64,000 bases of DNA from Candidatus Fervidifonticultor secundus (GCA_031459385.1 JAVKIP010000010.1:36120-100119), one strand, 5' to 3'; positions 48,396-57,603 are shown, numbered from the stretch's first letter. Made by a program: numbers and translations. The notes: a model not told the origin generated them from the letters alone.

Positions 48396-48667
48396 GTCAG
48401 CGCGCCCCGGGGTCCGGGCGCCGGATGCTGCGACGATTTGACCGACGCGCCGCAGTTCGCGCACTGCGGCTCCGGTGACCGCAGCAGGATCCCGCATCGC
48501 GGGCACTCCGTCACGACCCTCCCGCCGCAGCCAGGGCACGCGGCCGGCGCGGCCCGCAGGTCTTCCACAGGCGCAGCATACCGGCAGGTTTCCCCGGTGC
48601 AGATGACATAGACCGAGAACGACGCCGGGCCGCGCCTTTCCTCCCCACCTCCACCGCCCGCACCCAC
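48392..48667 (-). CDS. Small Cys-rich double zinc-ribbon protein
   Basis: C-x4-C, CPGC, CPRC, CANC; GTG start after GGAGGAG. Confidence 0.65.
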   Translation of the reverse strand: MGAGGGGGEERRGPASFSVYVICTGETCRYAAPVEDLRAAPAACPGCGGRVVTECPRCGILLRSPEPQCANCGASVKSSQHPAPGPRGALT

Positions 48668-48814
48668 CGATTCTCCTCCATCCCCTCTCCGGCATGAGAT
48701 CCCACTGCAACAAGCATACATCAACGTTGCGGAGCAGGAATAGCGGTACTATACGCAGAAAGGCGCCCACCGGAGCCCCGAGCACAACTCCACACCCCCG
48801 AGGGAGGGACAACC

Positions 48815-48946
48815 ATGAAGGGAACGCTGCGCGTCGTCGTGGCGGCGATCGCCGCTATCCTGCTGTTCGGCACGACCACCCTCAGCGTCGCCAGGCAGGC
48901 CCCGGTCGTCCAGATCGCCGACGGCGATATGGGGGGCGGCCTCTAG
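48815..48946 (+). CDS. 43-aa secreted pro-peptide (putative signalling peptide precursor), not in the ORF track
   Basis: GAGGGAGG RBS; MKGTLRVVVAAIAAILLFGTTTLSVARQAPVVQIADGDMGGGL*. Basic n-region, hydrophobic core, S-V-A cleavage site, high GC3. Confidence 0.8.
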   Translation: MKGTLRVVVAAIAAILLFGTTTLSVARQAPVVQIADGDMGGGL

Positions 48947-49028
48947 GGTCAACGGCGGGGCCGGGGGAGGGCGGCCGGGCCGCTGCGTACCCCCAGGCAC
49001 CTGGCGGGCATGGGGGCTCCGCCGCGGG

Positions 49029-49058
49029 TTGCCGGGGGCGGGCGCTGTGTGCTAGATT
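49029..49058 (+). promoter_or_regulatory. Putative promoter of the HTH-TPR regulator, probably leaderless
   Basis: TTGCCG-N18-TAGATT with an extended -10 TG; ATG 9 nt downstream; no Shine-Dalgarno. Confidence 0.5.
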
Positions 49059-49067
49059 GGGTCCACC

Positions 49068-50450
49068 ATGGCTAAACCCTCCTCCGCCTCGCCCGTCCAC
49101 CAGTCGTGGCTCAAGGAGTTCGGCCGTCGCCTGCGTGCCGCCCGGCACAGGGCAGGCCTGAGCCAGGAGCAGCTCGCGGCGCCCGACCTGACCAAGGGCT
49201 TCGTCAGCCTCCTGGAGAGCGCGCGCTCGTACCCCTCGCTCGAGACGCTCCTGACGTTCGCGCAACGGATGCACACGTCGGTCGGCGCGCTGCTCTTTGG
49301 CGCAGAGGACCTCCGCCGGGAGACGGCGTTCAACCTCCTTCACCTGGCGTGGAACACCGATCCCGCTTCGCGGGGGGCGGATGCACTGCAACTCGTCGCT
49401 GCCGCAGAACTGGTCGCCTCCGACCTGCCCGCAGACCTCCGCGTGCGGGCAGGGCTGGTGCGGGCGCGGATCGCGACGATTGTCGGCCAGCTCGACGACG
49501 CCGGCCGGCACGCCGACGAGGCCGTGACCCTGGCCGAGCAGCAGCGGCTGCCCGGGGCGCTCGGCGCGGCCCTGGCGGTCCGCGGCGCGATTCACGAGCG
49601 CCGGGGCGAGTACGGCCAGGCCGTCGAGACGCTCGAGCGCGCCCTCGACATCATGCGCCGCTCGAAGACCCTGGCGTCCGAGGAAGGTGTATGGGCGCTC
49701 CTGTCCCTGGCCGTGGCGCGCTGGCGCAGGGGGGAACTCGAGGCCTCGGAAGCCGCGAACCGGCGGGCCCTGGCCATCGCCACGGACCTGCAGCTGCCGC
49801 GGTTGCGCGGCCGGGCGCTCAACAATCTGGGGCTGCTGGCCTGGAACCGGGGCCAGCTCGACCGCGCCGTGGAACTCTACAGCCAGGCGTATGCCGTCTT
49901 CGAGCAGACCGAGGATCTCCCCGAGATGGGCCGGGTGCTGAACAACCTGGGCCTCATCCGCCGGACGCAGGGATTCTACGACGAGGCGCTGGCGGTGCTC
50001 GCGAAGGCCCTGCGCATCCGCGAGCGCCAGGGCGACCTGCGTGGCCGCAGCGCGACCTTCGACGAACTTGCCCGGGTCCACCTGGCTTTGGGACACCTCG
50101 ACGAGGCCGCCGATGCCGCAGGCCGTGCGGTGGCCGACGCGCAGGCCGCAGGCGACCGGGGCCGCGAGGCGATCGCGCAGGTCACCCTCGGTCGGGTGCG
50201 CCGCGCGCAGCGGCGTTGGGCCGAGGCCACCGAGATCCTGCGTGCCGCCGTCTCGACGCTCATCAGCCTGCAGATGGCACCGGAGGCGGCAGCCGCCTCA
50301 ACAGAACTCGGGCTCCTCCTCAAGGAGACCGGACAGAGCGCGGAGGCGGCCGAGTTCCTGGCGCAGGCCGTCACGCTCGGCGCCCCTGCCACGGCCCCGT
50401 ACGGCGTGGAGAGCCCCCTCGAGGCGCATCTCGTCCCGCGCGACGCCTAG
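49068..50450 (+). CDS. XRE-family HTH plus TPR-repeat transcriptional regulator (RRNPP-like architecture)
   Basis: FGRRLRAARHRAGLSQEQLA....KGFVSLLE....PSLETL, then TPRs including ALNNLG and VLNNLG. Confidence 0.9.
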   Translation: MAKPSSASPVHQSWLKEFGRRLRAARHRAGLSQEQLAAPDLTKGFVSLLESARSYPSLETLLTFAQRMHTSVGALLFGAEDLRRETAFNLLHLAWNTDPASRGADALQLVAAAELVASDLPADLRVRAGLVRARIATIVGQLDDAGRHADEAVTLAEQQRLPGALGAALAVRGAIHERRGEYGQAVETLERALDIMRRSKTLASEEGVWALLSLAVARWRRGELEASEAANRRALAIATDLQLPRLRGRALNNLGLLAWNRGQLDRAVELYSQAYAVFEQTEDLPEMGRVLNNLGLIRRTQGFYDEALAVLAKALRIRERQGDLRGRSATFDELARVHLALGHLDEAADAAGRAVADAQAAGDRGREAIAQVTLGRVRRAQRRWAEATEILRAAVSTLISLQMAPEAAAASTELGLLLKETGQSAEAAEFLAQAVTLGAPATAPYGVESPLEAHLVPRDA

Positions 50451-51403
50451 CTGACGACGCGCGTCACGCCCCGCGGCCACGCGTCCCGAGGATTCGGCAG
50501 CGGCGTGAGCAGACGCTCCAGCGCCGGCCGCAACGCCTCGTACTGCGGGGGCAGCGACAGACGCTCGCCCAGGTGCTCCGGCGGCTCGTCGGCGGCGAAG
50601 CCGGGACCCAGCGTGGCGATCTCGAACAGCACGCCACCGGGCTCACGGAAGTAGATCGACCGGAAGTAGTAGCGGTCGATGATGGGCGTCGGAGCGCCGC
50701 CCGCCTGTCGCACCCGCCGGCGCCAGGCGTCGTGCTCTTCGTCGGTCGAGCACCAGGCCACGTGGTGGACGGTACCCGCCCCGCTCGCGCCAGGCCGCGC
50801 GGAACGCTCGCAGGCATAGAAGGCGCCGCGCAGCGCGCCGCGGACCTCGAACCAGGCGTCCGGGAGTTCGGTGGCGGGCCGTGGAACGAACCCCAGTCCC
50901 TCCTCCAGGAAGCGGCGGCTGGCGTCGGGTGCCGCGGCGTACGCCTGAACGCCGGCGAAGCCGCGCAGGGCCACCTCCGCGGGGATCTCGGGGTGCACGG
51001 CGACCAGCGGCTCATCGCCGGTCGCGTCGATCGCCAGCGCATGCTCCAGCCCCTCGGGGTCGGCGAAGCGCACCTGGCCGTCCTCACGCCGGACCTGCAC
51101 GCCCTCGCGGACGAGCCGGCGTTCCCAGAACGCCAGGGCGTCGTCGGAGGCCACGCGCCAGGTGATGCGGTGGACCATGCCGGCCCCCGGCGTGCCGCGC
51201 TCGATGCCCGGGTACTCGAAGAACGTGAGGTCGGCGCCCGGACGGCCCTGCTCGTCGCTGTAGAAGAGGTGGTAGGCCGTGGGGTCGTCCTGGTTGACAG
51301 ACTTCTTGACCAGCCGCAGGCCCAGCACCCGCGTGTAGAAGTCGAGGTTGCGCCGGGCGTCGGCGGTAATGGCCGTGATGTGGTGGATTCCGTGGAGCTG
51401 CAT
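50447..51403 (-). CDS. VOC-family ring-cleaving dioxygenase (MhqO-like)
   Basis: GIHHITAI, VKKSVNQDDP..YHLFY, VHHVAW, DRYYFRSIYFREPGGVLFEIAT. Confidence 0.92.
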   Translation of the reverse strand: MQLHGIHHITAITADARRNLDFYTRVLGLRLVKKSVNQDDPTAYHLFYSDEQGRPGADLTFFEYPGIERGTPGAGMVHRITWRVASDDALAFWERRLVREGVQVRREDGQVRFADPEGLEHALAIDATGDEPLVAVHPEIPAEVALRGFAGVQAYAAAPDASRRFLEEGLGFVPRPATELPDAWFEVRGALRGAFYACERSARPGASGAGTVHHVAWCSTDEEHDAWRRRVRQAGGAPTPIIDRYYFRSIYFREPGGVLFEIATLGPGFAADEPPEHLGERLSLPPQYEALRPALERLLTPLPNPRDAWPRGVTRVVS

Positions 51404-51525
51404 CCCGGCACCGTCCAGTTCGTGAGGTGTCGTACACCTTCTTCAACCGCCAGCCGCCTGGTGGTATTTCCCCCGCAGGAAGACACGGCGCGGCGCGCCG
51501 AACCCGTGAGCGGGGAGGCGATCGT

Positions 51526-52893
51526 ATGCTCGAAGAGCTGGACAGAAGGATCGTCGCGGACCTCTACCTGGCGCGCACGGGCCTCGACATCGTAGAGGAA
51601 CTCGTCGAGCGGTTCGGCCCGCGCTTCGGCGGCACCGAGCAGGAACGTCAGGCCGCAGCCTACATCCGCGACCGGTTCGCCGGGCTTGGCGTCGACCGCG
51701 CCGAGGTCGAGCCCTTCACCTGCCACGGCTGGACCCGCCGCGAGACCACGCTGACCGTCACCGCGCCGGTGCGCCGCGACCTGCCGTGCATCGCGCTGCC
51801 GTTCTGCCCGCCCGGCGAGGTCGAAGGGCCGCTGGTCTTCCTGGGCGACGGCGACCCGCAGGCCTACGTCGTCCGGCGCGACGACCTGCGCGGGGCGATC
51901 GCCATGATCACAACGGCCCAGCCGCGCTTCTTCCCGCGCCCCATGCACCGGTGCGAGAAACTGGGGCGCGCGCTGGCCGAGGGCGCCGCGGGCCTCATCT
52001 GGATGCGTGGCGAGCCTGGCGGGCTGCCCGAGACGGGCTCCGCGCGCTTCGGGCACCCCTGCGAAGTACCCGTCGTCGGGATCTCGTACGAGACCGGTCA
52101 GGAACTGGTACGGCTCGACCGCCGCGGGCCCGTGCGGGTGCGTATCACGTCCACCAACGAAACCCACCCCGTCACGTCGCTGAACGTCGCAGCCGAGTTC
52201 CGCGGCGAGCGGCAGCCCGACGAGGTGGTGTTGCTGGGGGCGCACTACGACGGCCACGACATCAGTCAGGCCGCCATGGACAACGCCACCGGCGTGGCGC
52301 TCATGCTGGAGGTGGCCCGGGCGCTGGCGCCGCACCGCGCGCGGTTGCGCCGCACCGTCCGCTTCGTGGCGTTCGCGCAGGAAGAGATGGGTCTGCTGGG
52401 CGCCGACGACTACGCCCGCCGCCACCAGGACGAAGGCCTGCGCTTCATGCTGAACCTCGACGGCGCCGGCCGCGGGCTCAACGCCACGTTTCAACTGCAG
52501 GGGTGGCCCGAGGCCATCCGCTGGTTCCGCGGGCTGTTCGACGAGATGCGCGAGCCCGACGTTGCCGTCGGCGACCAGATCGGGCTGTACTCCGACATGT
52601 TCCCCTTCGCCGTCCGCGGCATCCCCGCCGCCACCTGGAGCTCACAGGCCAACACCACGTCCCCCGCCGCCCCGCGCGGGTTCGGCCACACCGCCATGGA
52701 CTCCCTGGACAAGGTCGGCGCCCGGCCCCTGCAGCTCGAGGCCATCCGCGTCGCGCGGCTCGTGCTGCGTCTGGCCGCCGTCGACGAGATCCCCCTGGCC
52801 CGCAAGAGCCCCGACGCGATGGCGGCGCACCTCACCGCGCTCGGCCTCGACGAGGTGCTGCGCTACGAGGGGCGGCCGCTGCCCGTGACCTGA
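51526..52893 (+). CDS. M28 family aminopeptidase with PA domain
   Basis: GAHYD, DNATG, EEMGLLG, NLD, SD..PF, HT..D. No obvious signal peptide. Confidence 0.88.
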   Translation: MLEELDRRIVADLYLARTGLDIVEELVERFGPRFGGTEQERQAAAYIRDRFAGLGVDRAEVEPFTCHGWTRRETTLTVTAPVRRDLPCIALPFCPPGEVEGPLVFLGDGDPQAYVVRRDDLRGAIAMITTAQPRFFPRPMHRCEKLGRALAEGAAGLIWMRGEPGGLPETGSARFGHPCEVPVVGISYETGQELVRLDRRGPVRVRITSTNETHPVTSLNVAAEFRGERQPDEVVLLGAHYDGHDISQAAMDNATGVALMLEVARALAPHRARLRRTVRFVAFAQEEMGLLGADDYARRHQDEGLRFMLNLDGAGRGLNATFQLQGWPEAIRWFRGLFDEMREPDVAVGDQIGLYSDMFPFAVRGIPAATWSSQANTTSPAAPRGFGHTAMDSLDKVGARPLQLEAIRVARLVLRLAAVDEIPLARKSPDAMAAHLTALGLDEVLRYEGRPLPVT

Positions 52894-53051
52894 ACCCCAC
52901 GCCGCCGGACGCGCGGGGGTCCCGCGCCGGCACTGTAGGCGCGCGGGCCGGATGTTATAACAGTTCGTACAAAGGCCGGAAACTTCTGGGCGCGTGCGGG
53001 AGGCAGGTGTGCGGAGGAGGACCTGAGGCCGTCTGGAGGACGGGTGATCCT

Positions 53052-53105
53052 GGGGTCAGGGCGATCGCGGCGAGCTGGACGGTCGCGGGGTCAGGGCGAT
53101 CGCGG
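53052..53105. repeat. 19-bp direct repeat x2 (GGGGTCAGGGCGATCGCGG)
   Basis: Exact copies at 53052-53070 and 53087-53105. Confidence 0.85.
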
Positions 53106-53129
53106 GGGCCCGAGCGACAAGACCGGTGA

Positions 53130-53747
53130 TCAGACCGGCGTGTCCGGGTGCGCCTCATCAGGCGCATAGGTGCGGCCATCGAGCACCCGCCACACGCCAA
53201 GACGGGCGGCCTGCCGCTCGGCCTCGGGGGTGATGCCCTCTCCGGCCGCGGCGGCGATCGCGGGCAACCCGGTGGCCCGCTGCAGAAGCCGCGCACGGTC
53301 TGCCGCCCGCAGGACGTCGCTCGAGTCCACCGTAGCGGACACCTCGACCGCCAGATATGTCTCCTCGCCGGTGGTCCGCCGGCGTCCGAGCACCACCACG
53401 TCGGTCCAGAGCAACTGCTCCCGCTCGAACGCTGAGAGCACGCCCCGGTCTTCCGCGCTGTCGGCCAGTCGCCCGAGCTCTTCCTTCGGAACGAGCCGGG
53501 GTTGGCGGAGCAGGCGCTGGAAGTAGGCGGGCGCGTTCTCGGTGTAACGCCGCTGGAGGTCGTGGCCCCGCAGGACTGCCAGCCGTTCTTCGGTGCGCAC
53601 CTGCGCCTCGGCCAGCCGGGCCACCGCTTCCTCGAGCCGCGCCAGCCGTTCTTCGGTGCGCACCTGCGCCTCGGCCAGCCGCGCGACTGCGGCCTCGATG
53701 CGTTCCATCAGATGTTCGAGGCGGTCGACCCGCCGATCCGACGCCAT
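53130..53747 (-). CDS. Coiled-coil repeat protein with C-terminal PD-(D/E)xK-like domain
   Basis: RLAEAQVRTEERL occurs twice (63-nt period); DVVV.G....YLAVEVS...DV.RA..RA; TATAAT just upstream. Confidence 0.75.
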   Translation of the reverse strand: MASDRRVDRLEHLMERIEAAVARLAEAQVRTEERLARLEEAVARLAEAQVRTEERLAVLRGHDLQRRYTENAPAYFQRLLRQPRLVPKEELGRLADSAEDRGVLSAFEREQLLWTDVVVLGRRRTTGEETYLAVEVSATVDSSDVLRAADRARLLQRATGLPAIAAAAGEGITPEAERQAARLGVWRVLDGRTYAPDEAHPDTPV

Positions 53748-53778
53748 AGGTCTCATCCCATTATATCGTCACCGAACA

Positions 53779-55104
53779 CTACAGCCGCACGATCTTCTCG
53801 CGCCCCTCCCGCACCCCCGCCGTCGCGTTGCGCACGTCGAACACCAGCCGCGCCGCCCGCACCACGGCCGCGTAGTCCACGCGCGAGTGGTCGGTGAGGA
53901 TCAGCACACAGTCGGCTCCGGCCACCAGGACGTCGGTGAGCGGCTGGCTGGCCAGGCGCCGCCCGCGGACCTCCACCTCCGGCACGTAGGGGTCGTGGTA
54001 AACTACCTCGATGTGTCGCCGCTGCAGCAGGTCAATCACCCGCAGCGCGGGTGAGTAACGCGCGTCGTCCACGTCGCGCTTGAACGCCACTCCCAGCACC
54101 AGCACCCGCTCGCGCCCCCGGCTGCCGTTGTCGTGCAGCAGGGCCAGCAGTCGGTTGACCACGTAGAAGGGCATCTCCTCGTTGACCCGCGCGGCCAGCT
54201 CGATGAAGTCCATGTGGAAGTCGTACTCGCGCGCCTTCCACGCCAGGTAGTACGGGTCGACCGGGATGCAGTGCCCGCCCACCAGGCCCGGCCGGAACGG
54301 CAGGAAGCCGTAGGGCTTGGTGGCTGCGGCGTCCACCACCTCCCATACGTCCAGCCCCATGCGTTCGCACAGCTGCGCCACCTGGTTCACCAGAGCGATG
54401 TTCACGTTGCGGAAGACGTTCTCCAGCAGTTTGGCCATCTCGGCCGCCGCCGGCGACGAGACCGTCACGACCGGCGGCCCCAGGCGCGCCAGCAGCGCGG
54501 CCGCCAGGCGCGTGCTCTCGGGGTCGCACCCACCGACCACCACCGGCACGTCCTCGACGCCGTAGCGCGGGTTGCCCGGATCGATGCGCTCGGGCGCAAA
54601 AGCCAGGAAGACGTCGCGGCCCACCACCCGTCCGGCCGCCTCCAGCGCCGGCCGCACCACCTCGTCGGTCGTCCCGGGGTAGCTGGTGCTGCGCAGCACC
54701 ACCACCTGCCCCGGCCGGCCGCAGCGCGCCACCTGGGCTGCGGCCTCTGCGATGTGGCGGACGTCGGGCTCCTTCTGCTGGGTGAAAGGCGTCGGCACGC
54801 AGATGAAGACAGCGTCACACTCTCCAAGGACAGCCGGATCCGTGCCAACGGCGAGCCGGCCGGCGGCGACCTCCGCCCGCACCGCCTCTGCCGGCACGTC
54901 GCGCAGGTACGACCTGCCCCCCGCCACCGCGGCGACCTTGGCGGCGTCGACGTCGAGCCCGCGCACCGGAAAGCCCCGCCGGGCGTACGCCAGCGCCAGC
55001 GGCAGGCCCACGTAGCCCAGGCCGACGACGCCTACCACCGCCGTCCCGGCGGCGATGCGGGCATCGAGCGGTGCCGCTATGACACCGTCGGCTAGCCTGT
55101 CCAC
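53779..55104 (-). CDS. Nucleotide sugar dehydrogenase (WecC/WbpA-like)
   Basis: GLGYVGLP, CVPTP, PERIDPGN, KLLEN.FR.VNIA, GGHCIPVDP. Start estimated. Confidence 0.93.
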   Translation of the reverse strand: MDRLADGVIAAPLDARIAAGTAVVGVVGLGYVGLPLALAYARRGFPVRGLDVDAAKVAAVAGGRSYLRDVPAEAVRAEVAAGRLAVGTDPAVLGECDAVFICVPTPFTQQKEPDVRHIAEAAAQVARCGRPGQVVVLRSTSYPGTTDEVVRPALEAAGRVVGRDVFLAFAPERIDPGNPRYGVEDVPVVVGGCDPESTRLAAALLARLGPPVVTVSSPAAAEMAKLLENVFRNVNIALVNQVAQLCERMGLDVWEVVDAAATKPYGFLPFRPGLVGGHCIPVDPYYLAWKAREYDFHMDFIELAARVNEEMPFYVVNRLLALLHDNGSRGRERVLVLGVAFKRDVDDARYSPALRVIDLLQRRHIEVVYHDPYVPEVEVRGRRLASQPLTDVLVAGADCVLILTDHSRVDYAAVVRAARLVFDVRNATAGVREGREKIVRL

Positions 55105-55499
55105 ACCTGCACCTGCAGCCCCGGAATCCGCTGGTAGTCGCGAGGGTCCGCCGTCGCCACCTGGAAGTCGGAGGCGATGGCCGTGGACCCGATGAGGAGC
55201 ACGTGTGTCGCCACGGTCTCGCCGCGGGCGGCGAGTTCCGAACACAGGCGGGCGTACACGCGCGCCGCGTCCAGGTCGAATGCGACAACCGGAAACCGCT
55301 CCAGGATCGCGCGGACGAACCGCGCCCGCCGGGCCCGACGCTGCGGGTCGGCGGCCCGGTCGACGCCGCACAGCAGTTCGCAGGCCGTCAGCGCGCTCAG
55401 GGCCACCGGCTCGTCCTCCTGCCCCGCGAGGCGACGGGCCAGTGACAGCCGCCCGCGCTCGGCGGCGAGGAACACGCTGGCGTCGATCAGGATACCCAC
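55092..55499 (-). CDS. vapC: VapC-type PIN domain toxin
   Basis: ILIDASV, EL..G, FD..AA, TADPRDY.RIPGL. Confidence 0.88.
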   Translation of the reverse strand: MGILIDASVFLAAERGRLSLARRLAGQEDEPVALSALTACELLCGVDRAADPQRRARRARFVRAILERFPVVAFDLDAARVYARLCSELAARGETVATHVLLIGSTAIASDFQVATADPRDYQRIPGLQVQVWTG

Positions 55500-55765
55500 G
55501 GCGTGGTCCGGGGCACGGTCTCCCGCCGTACCGCGTCGAGGTCGGCCTCGAAGCGCCCGGCGTCTTCGGCGTCGAGGTGCGGCAGGTCGGCCAGGATCGC
55601 GGGCAACTCTCCAAGACGCACAGGTACCTGCGTCGGCACCAGTTCCGCGACGGGTTTCCCGCCTTTCAGCAGGACGAACCGTTCGCCTTTGTAGCGCACC
55701 CGCCCCAGCAGCTCGGAGAAGTTCCTCACCGCTTCGGTAACCGTGACTCTGCGCCGTCCGGGCAC
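55487..55765 (-). CDS. Phd/YefM family antitoxin
   Basis: VTVTEAVRNFSELL.RV...GE.F...K.GKPVAELVP; overlaps the toxin gene. Confidence 0.88.
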   Translation of the reverse strand: MPGRRRVTVTEAVRNFSELLGRVRYKGERFVLLKGGKPVAELVPTQVPVRLGELPAILADLPHLDAEDAGRFEADLDAVRRETVPRTTPWVS

Positions 55766-55809
55766 GCCCGTCCTACCGCCAGAGGAGGTTCACGTGGCTG
55801 CGCCGCCCC

Positions 55810-57603
55810 TCATACGAGGACGAACCCCGCCACGCGGGCCCGCGCCCCGGCCGCCCGACACGCGCCGACGACCTCCTCGACCACCTCGGGGGGAGCGGAC
55901 GGCACTGCCACCAGCACCTCCTCCACCCCGTAACGGCGGACCAGCTCGCCCAGCTCGCGCCGGCTGCCCAGCACGCGCAGCCCCTGCACCACGGCGCCGC
56001 GCATGCCCGGGTCGTCGTCGACGAAGCCCACCGGCCGGTACCCCAGCGACGGGTTCTGACGCAGTTCCTGAACTAGCAGCACCCCGCCGCTGCCCGCCCC
56101 GAAGATGAGTACGGGCCGGCCGCGCACCGCCTGCGCGACCAGGTACTCGCGGATGATGCGCAGGGAAAAACGACTGGCGCCCAGCAGGACCACCGTGAGC
56201 AGCCAGTCCAGGATCAGCGCCGTGCGGGAGAGCCCCACAAGCCCCGTCCAGACCCACAGGACGGCCACCGCGGCTGCCGACCCGAGCGTCGCGCTCTGGG
56301 CCAGCCGCACGAGGTCTAGGGCTCCGGCGTAGCGCCAGGCGCCGCGGTAGATCCCCATGAGCGCCAGTACAGCCACTTTGACCGCGACCACGAGCGGCAG
56401 CGCCTGCGCCACCGCTCCCGCGACCGTGGGCGGCAGGGTCCCCTCAAAGCGCAACAGGTGGGCGGCGACGAACGCCGTAGGGGCCAGCACCAGGTCGGCC
56501 AGCATGACCGCGATCCATTTCTTCTGCAGGAATGGCGCCGGGAGGGCGGTTTGCCCGTTCAACGGAATGCGTGCGCCCCGGCCGTCCCCGTCGCCTCCGG
56601 CCCCGCCGCCCTCGTACACGCGCACCTCCGCCAGCACCAACCCCAACGCCGCAAACCCCATCGCCAGCAACACGCTCACGATCAGCCCCGTCAGAATGTC
56701 GAGGCCCCTCACCGCCAGCCCCGCCGCTCCCGCCGCCGTGCTGAGGGCGTACAGCAGCACGACAGCTTTCCGCTCTGGCAGGCCCAGGGTGACCAGCCGG
56801 TGGGCAGGGTGGTCGCGGCCGCCCTGGAAGAGGGGCCGGCGGTGCACCAGCCGCAGCACGGTGACCGTGGCGCTATCGAAGATGGGCACCGCCAGAATCA
56901 GGCCGGGCACCAGCACGGTGAGGAGGACGCTGCCGACGTTGCGGTGAGAGCCCAGGACGGCCAGGGTGGCCAGCGTGAAGCCGAGGAAGCCACTGCCGCA
57001 GTCGCCCATGAAGACGCGGGCCGGCGGGAAGTTGTGCGGGAGAAACCCCAGAGCCGTCGCTGCCAGCAGCAGGGCGGGCAGGGCGACGTGCCCGGTCCCA
57101 TCGAGCGACAGAACCAGCAACCCAGCCGCCGCGATCACCGCCACGCCGGCCGCCACCCCGTCCATGTTGTCCAGCCAGTTGAAGGCGTTGGTCGCCCCCA
57201 GGATCCAGAAGGCGGCCAGCGGGACGCCCAGCAGGGGTAGCAACAACTCGAACCGCACGCCCAGCACCACAGGAAGGAAGGCGGAGACGATCAGCAACGT
57301 GAGCTTGGGCCGGTTCTCCAGCGAACGCAGGTCGTCGATGAGACCCACCAGGAAGACAAACGCACCCCCGACGAGCAGAGCCGCCGGGGTTTGTCTGGCG
57401 CCCGGCCCGGTGAAGAGCAACAGGGGTAGCGTGAAGCCCAGGTAGATGGCCACCCCGCCCAGCCGCGGAGCCGGCCGGCGGTGCCAGCGGTCTTCCCGCG
57501 GGCGGTCGACCAGCCCCAGCCGTGGCGCGATCGCACGGATCCCCAGGGTGAGCAGAAAGGTCAGCCCAAAGGCCACAATCGCAGGGATCAGTAACGATGC
57601 CAC
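55810..57603 (-). CDS. WecA/TagO-like (MraY family) sugar-1-phosphate transferase fused to a CapD-N/CoA-binding-like domain
   Basis: PRLGG, GLIDD, NAFNWLDNMDG, NFPPARVFMGD.GS, DH..HRL; then GIYRG.WRY and LIFGAG..G...GFVDDD. Confidence 0.85.
   Translation of the reverse strand: MASLLIPAIVAFGLTFLLTLGIRAIAPRLGLVDRPREDRWHRRPAPRLGGVAIYLGFTLPLLLFTGPGARQTPAALLVGGAFVFLVGLIDDLRSLENRPKLTLLIVSAFLPVVLGVRFELLLPLLGVPLAAFWILGATNAFNWLDNMDGVAAGVAVIAAAGLLVLSLDGTGHVALPALLLAATALGFLPHNFPPARVFMGDCGSGFLGFTLATLAVLGSHRNVGSVLLTVLVPGLILAVPIFDSATVTVLRLVHRRPLFQGGRDHPAHRLVTLGLPERKAVVLLYALSTAAGAAGLAVRGLDILTGLIVSVLLAMGFAALGLVLAEVRVYEGGGAGGDGDGRGARIPLNGQTALPAPFLQKKWIAVMLADLVLAPTAFVAAHLLRFEGTLPPTVAGAVAQALPLVVAVKVAVLALMGIYRGAWRYAGALDLVRLAQSATLGSAAAVAVLWVWTGLVGLSRTALILDWLLTVVLLGASRFSLRIIREYLVAQAVRGRPVLIFGAGSGGVLLVQELRQNPSLGYRPVGFVDDDPGMRGAVVQGLRVLGSRRELGELVRRYGVEEVLVAVPSAPPEVVEEVVGACRAAGARARVAGFVLV

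Noticed and set aside
51526..52893. M28 peptidase as the maturation protease of the signalling peptide
   Set aside because: No signal peptide is visible and it is separated from the pair by an opposite-strand gene; proximity alone is insufficient.
53052..53105. Direct repeats as a CRISPR array
   Set aside because: Only two 19-bp copies with a 16-bp spacer, and no cas genes.
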